Shown: positions 13,153 to 27,399 of the stretch, piece by piece | Layout: every line of letters begins with the position of its first letter | Numbering within the stretch: the first letter of the stretch is position 1 | DNA from: Tubiluchus corallicola | Lineage: Eukaryota; Animalia; Priapulida | Reading direction: 5' to 3' | NCBI GenBank assembly: GCA_030141605.1 | Contig: JAQGDQ010000325.1 | Coordinates: forward strand, 124,001-188,000 | DNA length: 64,000 bases | Position numbers and translations under genes: made by a program | The notes under the pieces: generated by a model | What the model saw: only the letters and a program-made list of their open reading frames with translations | Told to the model about the DNA's origin: nothing | Database searches by the model: none

Positions 13153-13689
13153 GTTGACCTTTCATTTCTACAAACCTACAACAACAAATGAGAACAGCCT
13201 CAGCAAGTTCTTATTTAAATGCTATATACTGCTATTGAGACAAAAATGCTTATTGTGCACTTGTAAATGTTGCGAATGTTAAAGACGTTATAAATTAGAT
13301 TGGAAATTTGTTTCATCATTATTTAATTACAGGTATTTGCAAGAAGTTTAACATGAAAGTGAATATGTAATCTTTTCAGTATTAGCCCTTATTACTCGGC
13401 TAACTACATTATAAATTTAGGTTTTTTTATTATTTTTTGCTTTTTAATTAGTCTTTTTTCCTGTTTTCCTATTTAAATTATTTTTATTTAAATTATTTTG
13501 TCTAAATTATTTTATTCATATTATTAAATATTATTATATTATATTATTATATATTATTAAATTATTTAAATCAGTAAAGACTATGCATTAGCTTTGCAGT
13601 CGTTACATCAAATAAGTGAATAAGTGAATCTGTATGTTAGTAGAATTTTTTTATTTATTACTGTTTATAACAGTATAAAATAAACATTT

Positions 13690-13948
<259 letters not shown>

Positions 13949-14296
13949 TTATTCCGTTTCTATCTCAATTTTACAAGTTTCTCACATGCTTTTGCATTGT
14001 TAATAGGTTCTGGGTATTTTATTGGCCTCTTCAGTGCTTCAATCGTACAGCGTTTCACAACCAATTTAGTTTTTTCGACTTTCGGTTTTGGCAGGGGGCA
14101 CTAGTGCGGTCAAACCACGAATCAGTTCAAAGCTGCCGTCGTGCAGCCGCACACAGCTGCCGAAGTTTATATACAGAACATATTTACACTCTTCTTACAT
14201 CAAAGCAAAGCAGAGATTTCACGGAGAGTTCAATTGAATTGATAGACAACGCTAACTTTGGTAAATCTAAACAGTCTGAGCTACTGTGTATTCTCC

Positions 14297-14592
14297 CAGA
14301 AAAATCGCACACCTGCTGTACCTTCCCTCAGAAAAATCGCAAATCTGCTGTACCTCCCCTCAGAAAAATCGCAAATCTGCTGTACCTTCCCTCAGAAAAA
14401 TCACAAATCTGCTGTACCTTCCCTCAGAAAAATCGCAAATCTGCTGTACCTTCCCTCAGAAAAATCGCCAATCTGCTGTACCTTCCCTCAGAAAAATCAC
14501 AAATCTGGTGTACCTTCCCCCAGAAAAATCACAAATCTGCTGTACCTTCTCTCAGAAAAATTGCAAATCTGCTGCACCTTCCGTCAGAAAAA
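14297..14592. repeat. 32-bp minisatellite, about 9 copies
   Basis: Unit cagaaaaatcgcaaatctgctgtaccttccct. Confidence 0.93.
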
Positions 14593-15153
14593 ATTTTTCC
14601 CGTGTCATTTTACAGTGTCATTTTTACTGTGCTATTTTCCCCCTGTGCCAATTTTTCCTGTGCCATTTTTACCGTGCCATAATTCCTGTGCCATTTTCGT
14701 CGCATGCCCTCTCCTGTAGAGGTAAATATTTCAACATCTAAAATCTCAAAGAATATCAAAATCTAATGTCAATCTTGAACACATTTAATGAAAATGTATG
14801 TGGAAAATTACACAGAAACAATTTTGTGTGTATTTTCAGATACATTATCCAAATGGTTTAGATTTACCTGGTGCACTGATAGCTAAAATTTCTCTGTTAA
14901 TGAAGCTGACTGTCACGTGACACCATATGTAATTATGGCACAGCGTCTTCCTGATGAAATCGAATCTTCTTTAATGTTGTCGTAGACATAAGTTCTTAAT
15001 TAGCGTCTCAGACTATTTTCCTGAATAATTAAGACTCTGATTCGTTAAAGCTACACCCTGCAAGAAATCAGGTTACTGATGCTAATGTCAAGATTATAAT
15101 GCTACTTTGATTTTGATAGTTTAATCTAAAAGAAAGTCAGTAGCTGTGGAGTA

Positions 15154-15871
15154 AGCTTTTTCACAGTTTGGTTGTGCGCAAGCGCAGTTTAAAGGTCAAA
15201 GGTTAAGTGTACCACAGAAACGCGTCTTAACTACAACCGTCACGTGACATACAGGTGAAGCAAAGCTGTCCGCCTCATCAGTTCGGTAACTTTAGTTGTT
15301 TTATGTGGACTTTACGGAAGTATGCATTAAGTCTGTACATACTCATACATAATTTATTTTTTTGTATACTCGAGCGGGCCTAAATTATGTTTGTGTATAA
15401 AGTTAATTTATGTGTATAATACTTGTGAATCATTTGAAATTAAATCTAATTTAAATATAATATGTTATTCGTTGTACCTAGTGTGAAACTGGAAATATTT
15501 AAAAGATTTGTTAATCTGAGCCTGCAAAAAGAGGCACCTTTTTGTGTATACGTTCATTTCTTGAATAAAGATTTATTATTATAAAAAAAAATTGTACATA
15601 TTACGAGTGATCTACTAGCAGGATCTTGTCTTGGGAAGAAGAAAAAATGAACTAGGCAAGTTCTAGCTACATGTTAAAAATGTTACAACAGCAGAGCTAC
15701 GAGACATTATCAGGTGTCCTCATATGCGTTCTCTAGTACATTTAACCTTTGACCTTTCCTCTCTCTCTCTCACTCTCTCTCTCTCTGTCTCTCTGTCTGT
15801 CGCTCTCTCTCTCTTAATCTGTCTCTCTCTCTCTCATTCACTCACTCACTCTCTCTCTCCCCCTCTCTCTC

Positions 15872-15911
<40 letters not shown>

Positions 15912-16227
15912 TCTCTCTTGCTCTCCCCCATTTTCTCTCTCTCTCTGCTCTTTCTCTTTCTCTCTCTCTTCTCTCTTTCTTTCTCTTCCTCTTCTCCTCT
16001 CTTCACTCTCTTTCTCTTCCCCTTTTTCTTTCTCCTTCTCTCTCTTTCTTTCTCGATCTCTCTTTTTCTGCTCAGATTCTCTCTTATTCTCCTTCTCGTT
16101 TGTCTTTCCCTTCTCCCCCTCTCTCTTTCTCTTTTTCCTTTTCTTTGACCATCTTTGTTCCTTTTCTAGTACATTTAGCCTTTGACCTTTCCTCGACATC
16201 ATCCATCATTGGAACTGTAAAAAGGCT
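15154..16227 (+). mobile_element. TA-flanked MITE, same family as 46278, expanded by a CT-rich tract
   Basis: Same termini and interior (acgcgtcttaactacaaccgtcacgtgac; acctttgacctt). Confidence 0.72.
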
Positions 16228-16539
16228 CATTTTGCTGCTACATCTTCCGCTGCGCGAATTACGCTATTGCGCGCATTAATTGGGCGGCTGTTCACGACAT
16301 TAAAATAAACAAACACCCCGGGTGTCTACTATAAACTATAACATGTTGAAAACGCAACTAAGCAGGTGTCCAGTATAACTTTGCTGCAAATTCCTATACA
16401 GTGAAGAGAAGTTGCAATTTATTGCACACGCTGCCCTGGTGAACTTCACCTTTTCACAAGTATTTTTAAACCGCAATTCATTTTGCACTAAAGTGGTTCA
16501 TGCGTGAGTGTATAACCCAGGCCGTGCTAGTCTCGGAGT

Positions 16540-16823
16540 CTCCCCCCCTCTCTCAATCTTTCTCTCTTTCACTCCATCTCTCTCTCTCAATCCATCTCTT
16601 TCTGTCTCTCTCTCAATCTCTCTCTTTCTGTCTCTCCCTCACGCACTCTCCCTCTGTCTCTCTCTCTCTCTCCCTCCCTCTCTCCCTCTTTCTCTCTCTT
16701 CTCTCTTTCTTTCTCTTCCTCTTCTCCTCACTCACTCTCTCTTTCTCTTTCTCTCTCTCTCTTCTCTGTTTCTTTCTCTTCCTCTTCTCCTCACTCACTC
16801 TCATTCTGTCTCTCTCTCCGTGT

Positions 16824-16919
<96 letters not shown>

Positions 16920-17024
16920 TCTCTCTCTATCTGTCTCTCGCTCTTACCGCTCTCCTTCCCCTCTCTCTCCCCTTCTCTCTCTCTCTCTCTCTCTCTCTCC
17001 CTCCCTCTCTCCCTCTTTCTCTCT

Positions 17025-17072
<48 letters not shown>

Positions 17073-17082
17073 CCTCCCTCTT
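16540..17082. repeat. (CT)n-rich tract
   Basis: Direct reading. Confidence 0.95.
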
Positions 17083-17920
17083 TCACTACCACTTTATCAT
17101 CTACTCCCTTTTTTTATTCACATTCTTCACCGCCTTCTCACAATAAACTAGACTGACCGTAGCCGGGGCTTCCAACAGCTAAACGTTAACAACAATCACC
17201 GGGTTTCATATAAATGTAACATTCTCTCTAATAGCTCTATGCCATTTACTTGTGACATGATGTATTGAGTTACACCCGGAAGTAAATTCCATAACCAGGT
17301 AGGAGTGAAATGAGTGTAGACGTCAGTTGCTGCTGCTGCTGCTGGCAAAATGCTTGAAGCCAGTGCTCTATTGACACTAGAAGTAAATAGACACGTCGTA
17401 GGCGGGAAACTAGCAGCCTCTGTAGGACTCTGCAGGATTCTGTAAGACTGATAATAAACAAAAAATGTTCAATTTTACCACAAGATGTCGCTGTGGTAAG
17501 ATAAGTGCCAAGAGGTCACCATACTGTCATACTGTCGTCGTTTTTTAAAAGCACAGGAAAACACTGTTCGTTAATAAAGCTTAAAAAATTCGTTTTGAAT
17601 TTACTACCACTCTCATGCTGCGTTATTGCATGCAGCGCTTGCATTAGCAGTAACGCTTTACAAAACTTGTAAATTTAAACTCCCACAATGACCGCTAGTC
17701 GCAGCCATTTTAACGGCAGGCTCATTTAAAAGTTTAGGTAACATTGCGCGATGTTTGAAATAGAAACCAGAACAGTCGTGGCATGTACCTTTCTATAACT
17801 AAGCAAAGGTGTAAATTACTACATATTATGAATAAGATTAATAATGTCCTTTTGATGAGTCAGTGGTGCACACTGGGATAGTGAGACAGTGACGTTTATG
17901 AGTGGATTTGTAGACCAGAC

Positions 17921-18438
<518 letters not shown>

Positions 18439-19273
18439 GCGCGAACGTTCTAAATTATTGAGAATTTTGTTTTCCACTTACAAAAGTCTTTAAGGTAGAT
18501 AACGTAATGGTGACTAATATACCTTGTATGAAAAGTTCTTCGGAAGTATTTTATAATATTTCTTTCCCTTTAAACGTTCAAATGTCGTTTGCAGGGTGTC
18601 CTTTGTGTTTCGAACTAGTGCACTAATGAATTTTGCATCAATGTCGTCTAAGCAAATAGGTTTAAGGGCACAAAACACAGTTAAATTTTTTTAAAAAATT
18701 CCTAAATTGGCTGGTACAGTAGCCTACATTTCGACTGGAGTCCCGCAGTCTCAAGCTCGAGTCTAGCGGCAGTAAACGCCTGGACTTGACGAATAACCTT
18801 TTTTATGTTAATTGTTATTTGTGTGATGCATTGTTATATACATTGTATATTGTATTTGTACGTATACAACATATACTTATTTGCATTGTTGTAAGTGTGT
18901 ATGAATAGCTAAATAGTCGTTAGTGCTAATGTTGGTCTTCAAAATGGCGGACGGTAAATAAATGTTGTCTTTGCCTTTAAAAGGGAACTAAATTCGTGAA
19001 TTAGAAAACTTTCGTGTAGGTTCAGATATGCATCGGTTCAAGCAGAAAATATGACGGCAGTAGTGGTCTTATGAAAATTCAGAAAAGCTCCAGGTATTGT
19101 TTATACTGGTACACACTCAACTTTTGTGATGTTTGCTAGGCAACATACGAAAACTTGGTATACGTTTTTGTATTTGGCGGTTTTTGTCTGACATTTTTGA
19201 CGGAATCAAAGCTTAATAGACTCACTTCCACCTACGTTTGCTCGAGCAGGCAAATACGCTGCACAACAGAAGC

Positions 19274-19285
19274 TGCGCATGCGCA
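19274..19285. promoter_or_regulatory. Perfect NRF1/EWG-type palindrome TGCGCATGCGCA in a CpG-richer unique segment (candidate promoter)
   Basis: Exact 12-bp consensus; function inferred only. Confidence 0.35.
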
Positions 19286-20218
19286 CTAGGAATCGCGTGG
19301 TCGAGAACTTTAGCAACCAGTAACAGTGAAGTGGTGGGAAACAGCTGGGCTTCTTGAGTTAGAAAAGTAGAGACGTCATTGTAGAAAGTGCCGCGTAGGT
19401 AGACGGCGTATTGATTTGTCGCCATGGGAGTGAACAGGCCATTTGTTTAGCAGACCCTGTTTAGAGATTTATCAATTTCGTTTGATTAACCGCGTTCCTT
19501 GTGTTATAATCTACGAAGATTTTAGAGTGAATGTTAGTTTGTTAAAGGAACATGTGCTAGTTTTTATTGATCACAAGCAACGACACCTGTTATCAAAATT
19601 GTGAGATGGTGTGACAGTTTTTGTAAATTTGGAAAGAAAACGCGCATGCTTCTGAAGAATGTGACCAGATCTCTCGGCAATGAGAAACTGTGTGTTAAAC
19701 TGTTAACGACAATCGCTGTTGTTGTTGCTGTGGCTATGGCTTTTCAGTAAAAACTGGATCACTGACATCATCATCATCATCGTCAGTTGAAGGGAGATTG
19801 AAATGTACGCGTGATGTAGACAAACATTAGAAAAAGGTTTGTATTTTTGCATTTTGTATTCTCAACTCGAACTGTTTTTGCTTTTTTTATTTATCTCTTT
19901 ACGACACTACAATAGAACGTTATTAATAACAAAATCGTTACAAAGCAAGGGTGAGCATTCTCTACCAGAAAGCGAATTCGAATCAACTCGAATTTGTGAC
20001 TTTCGGATTCGAATCGAACCGTTTGTTATGTAATAATAAAAACATTTTGGGTTAAGAATACAGTGCATCAACAACCAGAGTTAAATGCATTTCGGTTATG
20101 GGTTCAACTTCGTTATTTCTAGGTTTACTGAGTAAAGACAAATCTACTGACTTAGACAATAATTCTACATAAAAAATAATTTTTAATGAGACTACTCATT
20201 TTATTTACTAAGATTTAC

Positions 20219-20254
<36 letters not shown>

Positions 20255-20262
20255 GATAATGA

Positions 20263-20308
<46 letters not shown>

Positions 20309-20450
20309 CGTAGTCGTAGTCGTAGTCGTAGTCGTAGTCGTAGTCGTAGTCGTAGTCGTAGTCGTAGTCGTAGTCGTAGTCGTAGTCGTAGTCGTAGTCG
20401 TAGTCGTAGTCGTAGTCGTAATAGTAATAGTAATAGTAATAGTAATAGTA

Positions 20451-20531
<81 letters not shown>
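20219..20531. repeat. Compound tri/hexanucleotide microsatellite
   Basis: Successive AAT, GATAAT, AGT, AGTCGT, AATAGT and AAT blocks. Confidence 0.97.
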
Positions 20532-20849
20532 TATTGCAAATATAATTTATTCTGCACTTTTATGTAGAGTAAAAATTATGATAAATCATTAATAATCGGT
20601 AAAACATAGTCAATAGTTTAAGTATAACTGATGTAAAAAGTATATTGAATTGAAGCATACTAAAACAAAAGCAATACAAATATAACTTACTTTTATTGCT
20701 TGTATTGTACGTATTCTTATATTTAGCTGCACAAATCTTCCGTTTCACTTGTGTTCAAAGACCATTCCTCATTTGTTTAGCAAATATAACGAGCTATAAG
20801 TTAATTATCTTCACTTTTTTCAGATATTTTTTCTTAATATTATGTGCAG

Positions 20850-21430
20850 CTGGGGTTTGTTTTGTACTATATGTACGCACATTTTTGAACCACCCTGTAA
20901 GAAGCCATAAACTTGATCATCTACCATTCTTTCCGTTATTTCTAACCAAATTTTAGTGCAGCTGGGTTTGTGGTGCTCTATGTACACATTTTTTTGAACC
21001 ACCCTGTATGGAAGCATAAAATTACTTGTCTAACAATTTGTTGCGGCTGTTATGTTTAACTAGATTTTACGTGTAGTGGGGTTTGTTTGTACTGTATATA
21101 CGCACTTTTTTTAACCACCCTGTAATGAACTATACACTTAATTGTCTACTACTTTATTCTGTTGTTCTTAACCATGTTTTAAGTGTAACTGGTGTTTGTT
21201 TGTACTGTATATATCCACTTTTTTGAACCACCCTGTAATGAACTATACACCTAATTGTCTACCACTTTACACTGTTATTCTTAACCATGTTTTAAGTGTA
21301 GCTGGGGTTTGTTTATACTGTATATATCCACTTTTTTGAACCACCCTGTAATGAGCTATACACCTAATTGTCTACCACTTTACACTGTTATTCTTAACCA
21401 TGTTTTAAGTGCAGCTGGTGGATTGTTTAT
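20850..21430. repeat. About 112-bp tandem repeat, about 5 copies, containing a Tc1/mariner-like terminus
   Basis: ttttgaaccaccctgta recurs near 20889, 20999, 21114, 21227 and 21340. Confidence 0.88.
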
Positions 21431-22140
21431 ACTATATTATACGTACTTCAGTTGATGTTTGGGTTTCTCTGATGGAAAACGTTACAAAATAATGATGGAA
21501 CAACAAAAACAAGTGAAACTGTAGCAATTAAACCGACTTCTCCCACTTGTTTTCATGGGGTGCAGGGGCAGATCTCAAGGGGCAGATCGTCAACTCCAAA
21601 GACATTCGTCTTCCGAATTTCTTAGACGTCCATTCGGCTATATAGACAACACGTTTAAGAAAGGGAAAGCTAGCAGTGAATGACTTTTGGAAATTTGCAG
21701 CTTTCAATTCTTTGAAACGCAACAAGCTTTTCTACGTCATGAACACTACCAGGCCAAAACTAAGTTTGTGTGCACTGTACTTACGCAAGTACAGCACTAA
21801 ACGAAAGCACGACACGTCAGCAAGTTTGCAAAACCCTGAACTCGTCACAAAGCTTCCTGCAGTGGAAATGTGCGTCCTGCGTGATACGGTGACCAATAGG
21901 CAGGGGGGAGGGGGAGGGGAGGGTATCACGGGTCAAAAGCTATGAAAATACTAAGGACCTCAAAACCACAACAATAATCGCTCCAAACTGATATAAGCCC
22001 TTTCAGCGATTCACAGTTGCAGTGATTGATGGTGATCGTGAAAAGGTCAACGGTTAAGACACTATTCTTATTGCTTTATTAGCATTAAAAACACATAACA
22101 GTAGGCCTGCAATAACGCTATGATGATTATTCGGTCTATA

Positions 22141-22510
<370 letters not shown>

Positions 22511-22758
22511 AATCTTTATTTTATTTATTTTATTTTTGGATGAATAATTAACATTAGCTCAAAGAGCTTTTAGCAAACTGCAGATAACAATATACAACTA
22601 CATAATAGAGACTATTATTACCCCACTTTTACCCTAAATACTACGCGCCAGGCAGGGCAACATTAAGTTCCATTTTTAAAGTCTTTGGTATGATCCGATT
22701 GCTGTAACGACCTCGCGACCTCGCAGACGGAAAGAGGACGCGTTACCACTAGACTAAA
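22511..22758 (-). mobile_element. tRNA-derived SINE, same family, reverse orientation
   Basis: Reverse complement carries the same head (tttagtctagtggtaac), body (cataccaaagactttaaaaatgg) and 3' end. Confidence 0.82.
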
Positions 22759-23697
22759 CGGTGTAGTGTAAAGTCTATTGCTCTAGTATGTGGTACAGTT
22801 GGTATAAAAAAGTGAGAAAATGATGTACAAGTCTACCATTTAATAACACAGGAAGACTGTAAGTCTCCTAACACATACAAGCTTAAGGTGGTTTCACACA
22901 TTATCTTCCGTGGTTGTTCAGCAGTTAAAATCACATTGTATTTAAATTTACTTTGCTATGGTGCGTGCTGATGATCACTGGACGTGCGCTGGCATATTGG
23001 GTGGTGCAAAAAATTTCCCAAGTTTAGAATACAATTTATTTGTACCATTTATTCGTGCTCTTATACGGTACAACAGACCACAAACACACACCAAAACATG
23101 ATAAGAATTATGATACATAAATTAGTTCAAGTTGTACGCAGTAAACGAAAAAAGGTTAATTTGTTAAAGCAAAGTAAAAAAATAATGAAAAAAACCCATA
23201 GCAACAATTCGTGTTATAATTACTCTCTCAAGAAATGGTTGAAAATTTAGTGTAAAACAGTTTAAATTTTCAGACCTCCTAAAGAAAGAAAAATACCTGG
23301 CTTCTGTTGTCCATAAAATTTCTTTTATAGATGTAATAACTGTGAACCGATTGTCATAGATATTAAGTATTTTATCAGTAATGAGACAAAGTACTTTTCA
23401 TCTTGACAAGAACAATCAATTCCGTATTGTAAACACGAAAGAGCCCCAGCTTCCAGGAATCAACATGTTTATTGAGCGACGATCGTTCCGGCTATTGAAG
23501 CCATTATCAAACTATAAATGAAACCAAAAAGAAGTATAAATAATAGATTGATGATACAAGTGCACAAAGGGAAACCACAAAACAACTTTTTAGAATTTAA
23601 ATTGTCAAGATAAACTAAGTTGTAATAGAAGAATTGCAGAGAAATGTAAAAAATGGTTAGATTTAGTCTCTGGATCACATCCACATGCTGCTGGTTT

Positions 23698-23946
23698 CAC
23701 GGCCTATTTCAGCCTAAGCGAGGTCCGGGGAAGTGGGGCGTGTGAGGCCTCCTTGGGGGCTCGGGGGGGGGGACGCTGGAGAATTTTTGAACTGCTAGAA
23801 CGCCGGAGAAGCATTTTCGAAGAGAAAATATGGAGTTATACAGTATGTTCGCATAAAGAAAAAAATTATGTTACCTCGGCGCGCGGCCCCCCTGGAGGGT
23901 GAGGCCCCGGGGAAGTATCCCCTCTCCCCCCCTCAAATAGGCCCTG
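23698..23946. mobile_element. hAT-like MITE
   Basis: Termini CACGGCCTATTT / AAATAGGGCCCTG; 8-bp flanks gctggttt / gttggttt (7/8, TSD-like); GC-rich interior. Confidence 0.75.
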
Positions 23947-24044
23947 GTTGGTTTCCCTTATTGTAGTTCCGCTTGTTGTAAATTTTTGCCAAATGTAGAA
24001 CTTATGTGGTTCTTCATTATATAAACTTGGACTAATTTTTAACC

Positions 24045-24165
24045 TGTGGGGTAATTTTAGTTTCTGTTATGTAGTTGTAGTTTGCTATTTACAGTCGGTG
24101 ATAATAGCTCTTTGAGCTAATGTTAATTGTTCATCCAAAAAGCCGAGTTTAAATAAATAAATATT
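24045..24165 (+). mobile_element. 5'-truncated copy of the same SINE
   Basis: tggggtaat...ctgttatgtagttgtag...gagctaatgttaattgttcatccaaaaagcc matches the SINE 3' half. Confidence 0.8.
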
Positions 24166-24321
24166 ATTATCATCATCATCATCATCATCATCGCCGCCGT
24201 CGTCGTCATCATCGTCATCATCATCATCGTCATCATCATCATCATCATCATCATCAACATCACCATCATCATCGTCGTCGTCGTCGTCGTCGTCATCATC
24301 GTCATTATCATCATCAACATG

Positions 24322-24389
<68 letters not shown>

Positions 24390-24390
24390 T
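24166..24390. repeat. (ATC)/(GTC)n microsatellite
   Basis: Direct reading. Confidence 0.95.
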
Positions 24391-24828
24391 ATAGACCGAA
24401 TAATCATCATAGCGCTATTGCAAGCCTACTGTTATTGTGTCTTAACCTTTGACCTTTTCACGATCAATTTTCACGATTTGAGCTAATGTTAATTGTTCAT
24501 CCAAAAAGCCGACATTAAATAAATGACAGTTGACATACAGCAACTGCGCCTGCGCACAACAAAACTGTGAAAAAGCTTTTTGATGAATAAGACACTCAGT
24601 ATATCGGCCCTGACAATTTTTCGAAAATTTACTGTATGAAATGAAACCTAAACTAAACTTTTGTTATTGTTACTATCTACATGGCGTTCTGCGAGCTTTC
24701 CTTTAAGCCTCGATCATATTACGCTAACGCGGTCGAATCTGTCAATAACTGAATTAGCCTCATTTTGTAGAAATTTAGTCCAATCTTGAAGCAAAATTTT
24801 ATTCAGTTCAGAAACATCTTTGATTTCC

Positions 24829-25420
24829 CAAGTGTGATACATTCGCAGAGATAAGTTCTCCTATATTGCTAAAATCTAGAGGATTTAAGTCAGCATTGTT
24901 TTCAAGTGTGATACATTCGCAGAGATAAGTTCTCCTATATTGCTAAAATCTAGAGGATTTAAGTCAGCACTGTTTTCAAGTGTGATACACTCGCAGAGAT
25001 AAGTTCTCCCATATTGCTAAAATCTAGAGGATTTAAGTCAGCACTGTTTTCAAGTGTGATACACTCGCAGAGATAAGTTTTCCCATATTGCTAAAATCTA
25101 GAGGATTTAAGTCAGCATTGTTTTCAAGTGTGATACATTCGCAGAGATAAGTTCTCCTATATTGCTAAAATCTAGAGGATTTAAGTCAGCACTGTTTTCA
25201 AGTGTGATACACTCTCAGAGATAAGTTTTCCCATATTGCTAAAATCTAGAGGATTTAAGTCAGCATTGTTTTCAAGTGTGATACACTCTCAGAGATAAGT
25301 TTTCCCATATTGCTAAAATCTAGAGGATTTAAGTCAGCACTGTTTTCAAGTGTGATACACTCTCAGAGATAAGTTTTCCCATATTGCTAAAATCTAGAGG
25401 ATTTAAGTCAGGACTGTTTT
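24829..25420. repeat. 74-bp minisatellite, 8 copies
   Basis: Unit caagtgtgatacattcgcagagataagttctcctatattgctaaaatctagaggatttaagtcagcattgtttt. Confidence 0.95.
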
Positions 25421-27399
25421 CTAAGTTATGTTTATAAAGAAATATCAAAAGGTGAGTTTTTTTATTTGAAATTTTTTCCATTTCTTTGTTATGAAAATAC
25501 ACTTTTAAACATCACATTTTTAAAAATTCATCAAAAATGAAACATAAAAATTACTGCCAATTTTTTCTTGTGTATAAAATAAATTTATGTTCATTGTTAT
25601 TCTATGCGCCCCTTTGACTTGTATTTTTTTAATTTAAAAATTTGCAGGTAACGTTTTTACTGCGCACCCTGTATGTTTATACTAAACGCATCCCACACTA
25701 GTCGCTAGACCAATGCGCCTACTGTTTTTCCTTTTACCAGTTATTTTGCCATTTTGTATTTCAAAATGGTGGAACAGATCTACAATTATGAATTTTTATA
25801 TGCCAGGTTTGCAATGAAAATAAAAAAAACGTAAAAAATAGTCGGGCCGAGCTTGTGTTTGAACTGGAGACCTTTCGATCGCAAGTTAAACGCAGTGACC
25901 ACTAATTTCACAGATTTCTGGATTTGCAATCCAAGGATCTGTGGTTCAAGACCGGAATCAGTGTCGACATTTTCAAATTAAGTTTTTCTCGACAAAACCA
26001 TGGTTTGAAAAATTAAAGAATGTTCCATCATTAAATAATTGAGATCGGATTATAAATAATAAATATTGTGTTAATAATTTAATAGTGATTGACATATTCC
26101 ATATTTCTAGTTCTAATATTGATCAAAATTCTAAAAGACCATTTTTGGGCAAATGACTACCAAATTTTAAAGAACGAGCAACAGATGATGTTAAACAAAC
26201 AGTGATAAACGACAACTTTCTCGCAGCCACCCACACATCTGCTAACCAAGCCTAACGTTTCTAGATTTCGATCGCTAAGCAACGTCGTATGCAGAAACTT
26301 CGTTCTTGCATATAATCAGGAACGCCCATCTGCTTCTTTGCACTGCTCTTATTTCCGAACTCCCATTTGGTAATTTCTCATTACAGGTAGGTAATAAATT
26401 TATTCAGGTAAACATGTATTCTGCGAAATTACCTGACCGAATCACGGCCCAGCGGCTAATGTTTCTGTGATGCGTGAAGTGTTTATAGCCACAGGAGAAA
26501 TTTTGGCTATTTGATTATAAATCCCTTTTTTTCGTCCGGGTTGCTTATCTATAGAATTCTGAAAACTGCGACCTCATTTGATTTAAGAAAAATACCACCA
26601 GACGCATGTACCTTCTATATGAATAATTAATCATATGAATTTTATTTCCCTGCACAAAAATTTTATTTTTACCATTTAAAAGTTATTCCTAACCTGAATG
26701 ACCATTGGCTCTTGGCCTTGGGTGGATGATTTGTATTGAAAAGAATCTGCCAACGACCAAAGATCACGTGGTAAAGTACCTCATCTTACAAGCTTCTTTT
26801 TAATTTAATGATTTGCAAAGGCCCCGCAAAAATTTTTGCGTATAAGTACACTTATAATCAGAAATACGTGAACATCCTACATAGTCCTCATTTATAACCA
26901 GCCGCAGCAGCTTTTATTGAATTAAAGTTATAAAGTTATAGGCAGAGTATAATGGATGACGTCAGAACAATGGCTTTGCGTCAGCAGTTTTCTAAGCGAA
27001 AATTGCCGAAAATAGAACATCTAATTAACCCGTCGATACTCCTTTCGGTGGACGTGTCCTAAAATATAGCCCACATCATCGTGTAGTCCTGTTTCTAAAC
27101 AGCTATATATCTCCTTCCGAGATCCCACCAGGCGCCGCAAGAACGTTTTTCCTGCAGGCTGTTTGGTCAAAAATCGAGAGTCGGCCCGGGAATAATTTTA
27201 TTTTATTTTTTGATTCAAACACTACCACTGGGTGCTGCACTCTTTCTTCTTCGTGTCCCGAAATGTGTAAAAAAATAGTCATTTTTTTACGACAGAATAT
27301 CGCATTAAGCATGGATAAATGGAACTGCTTTGCACAACATTGTGGTAATTTGACGATTGAGAAAAAACTGCAGCACAAAATAGCAACTGCAGCAGTCGA

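Noticed and set aside
14104-14741. Three overlapping ORFs of 150-190 aa
   Set aside because: They are explained by the stop-free 32-bp minisatellite.
18722-18760. Second hammerhead-like remnant on the minus strand (GACTG-loop-CAGTC-GAAA)
   Set aside because: The CUGANGA box is missing; at most a dead fragment.
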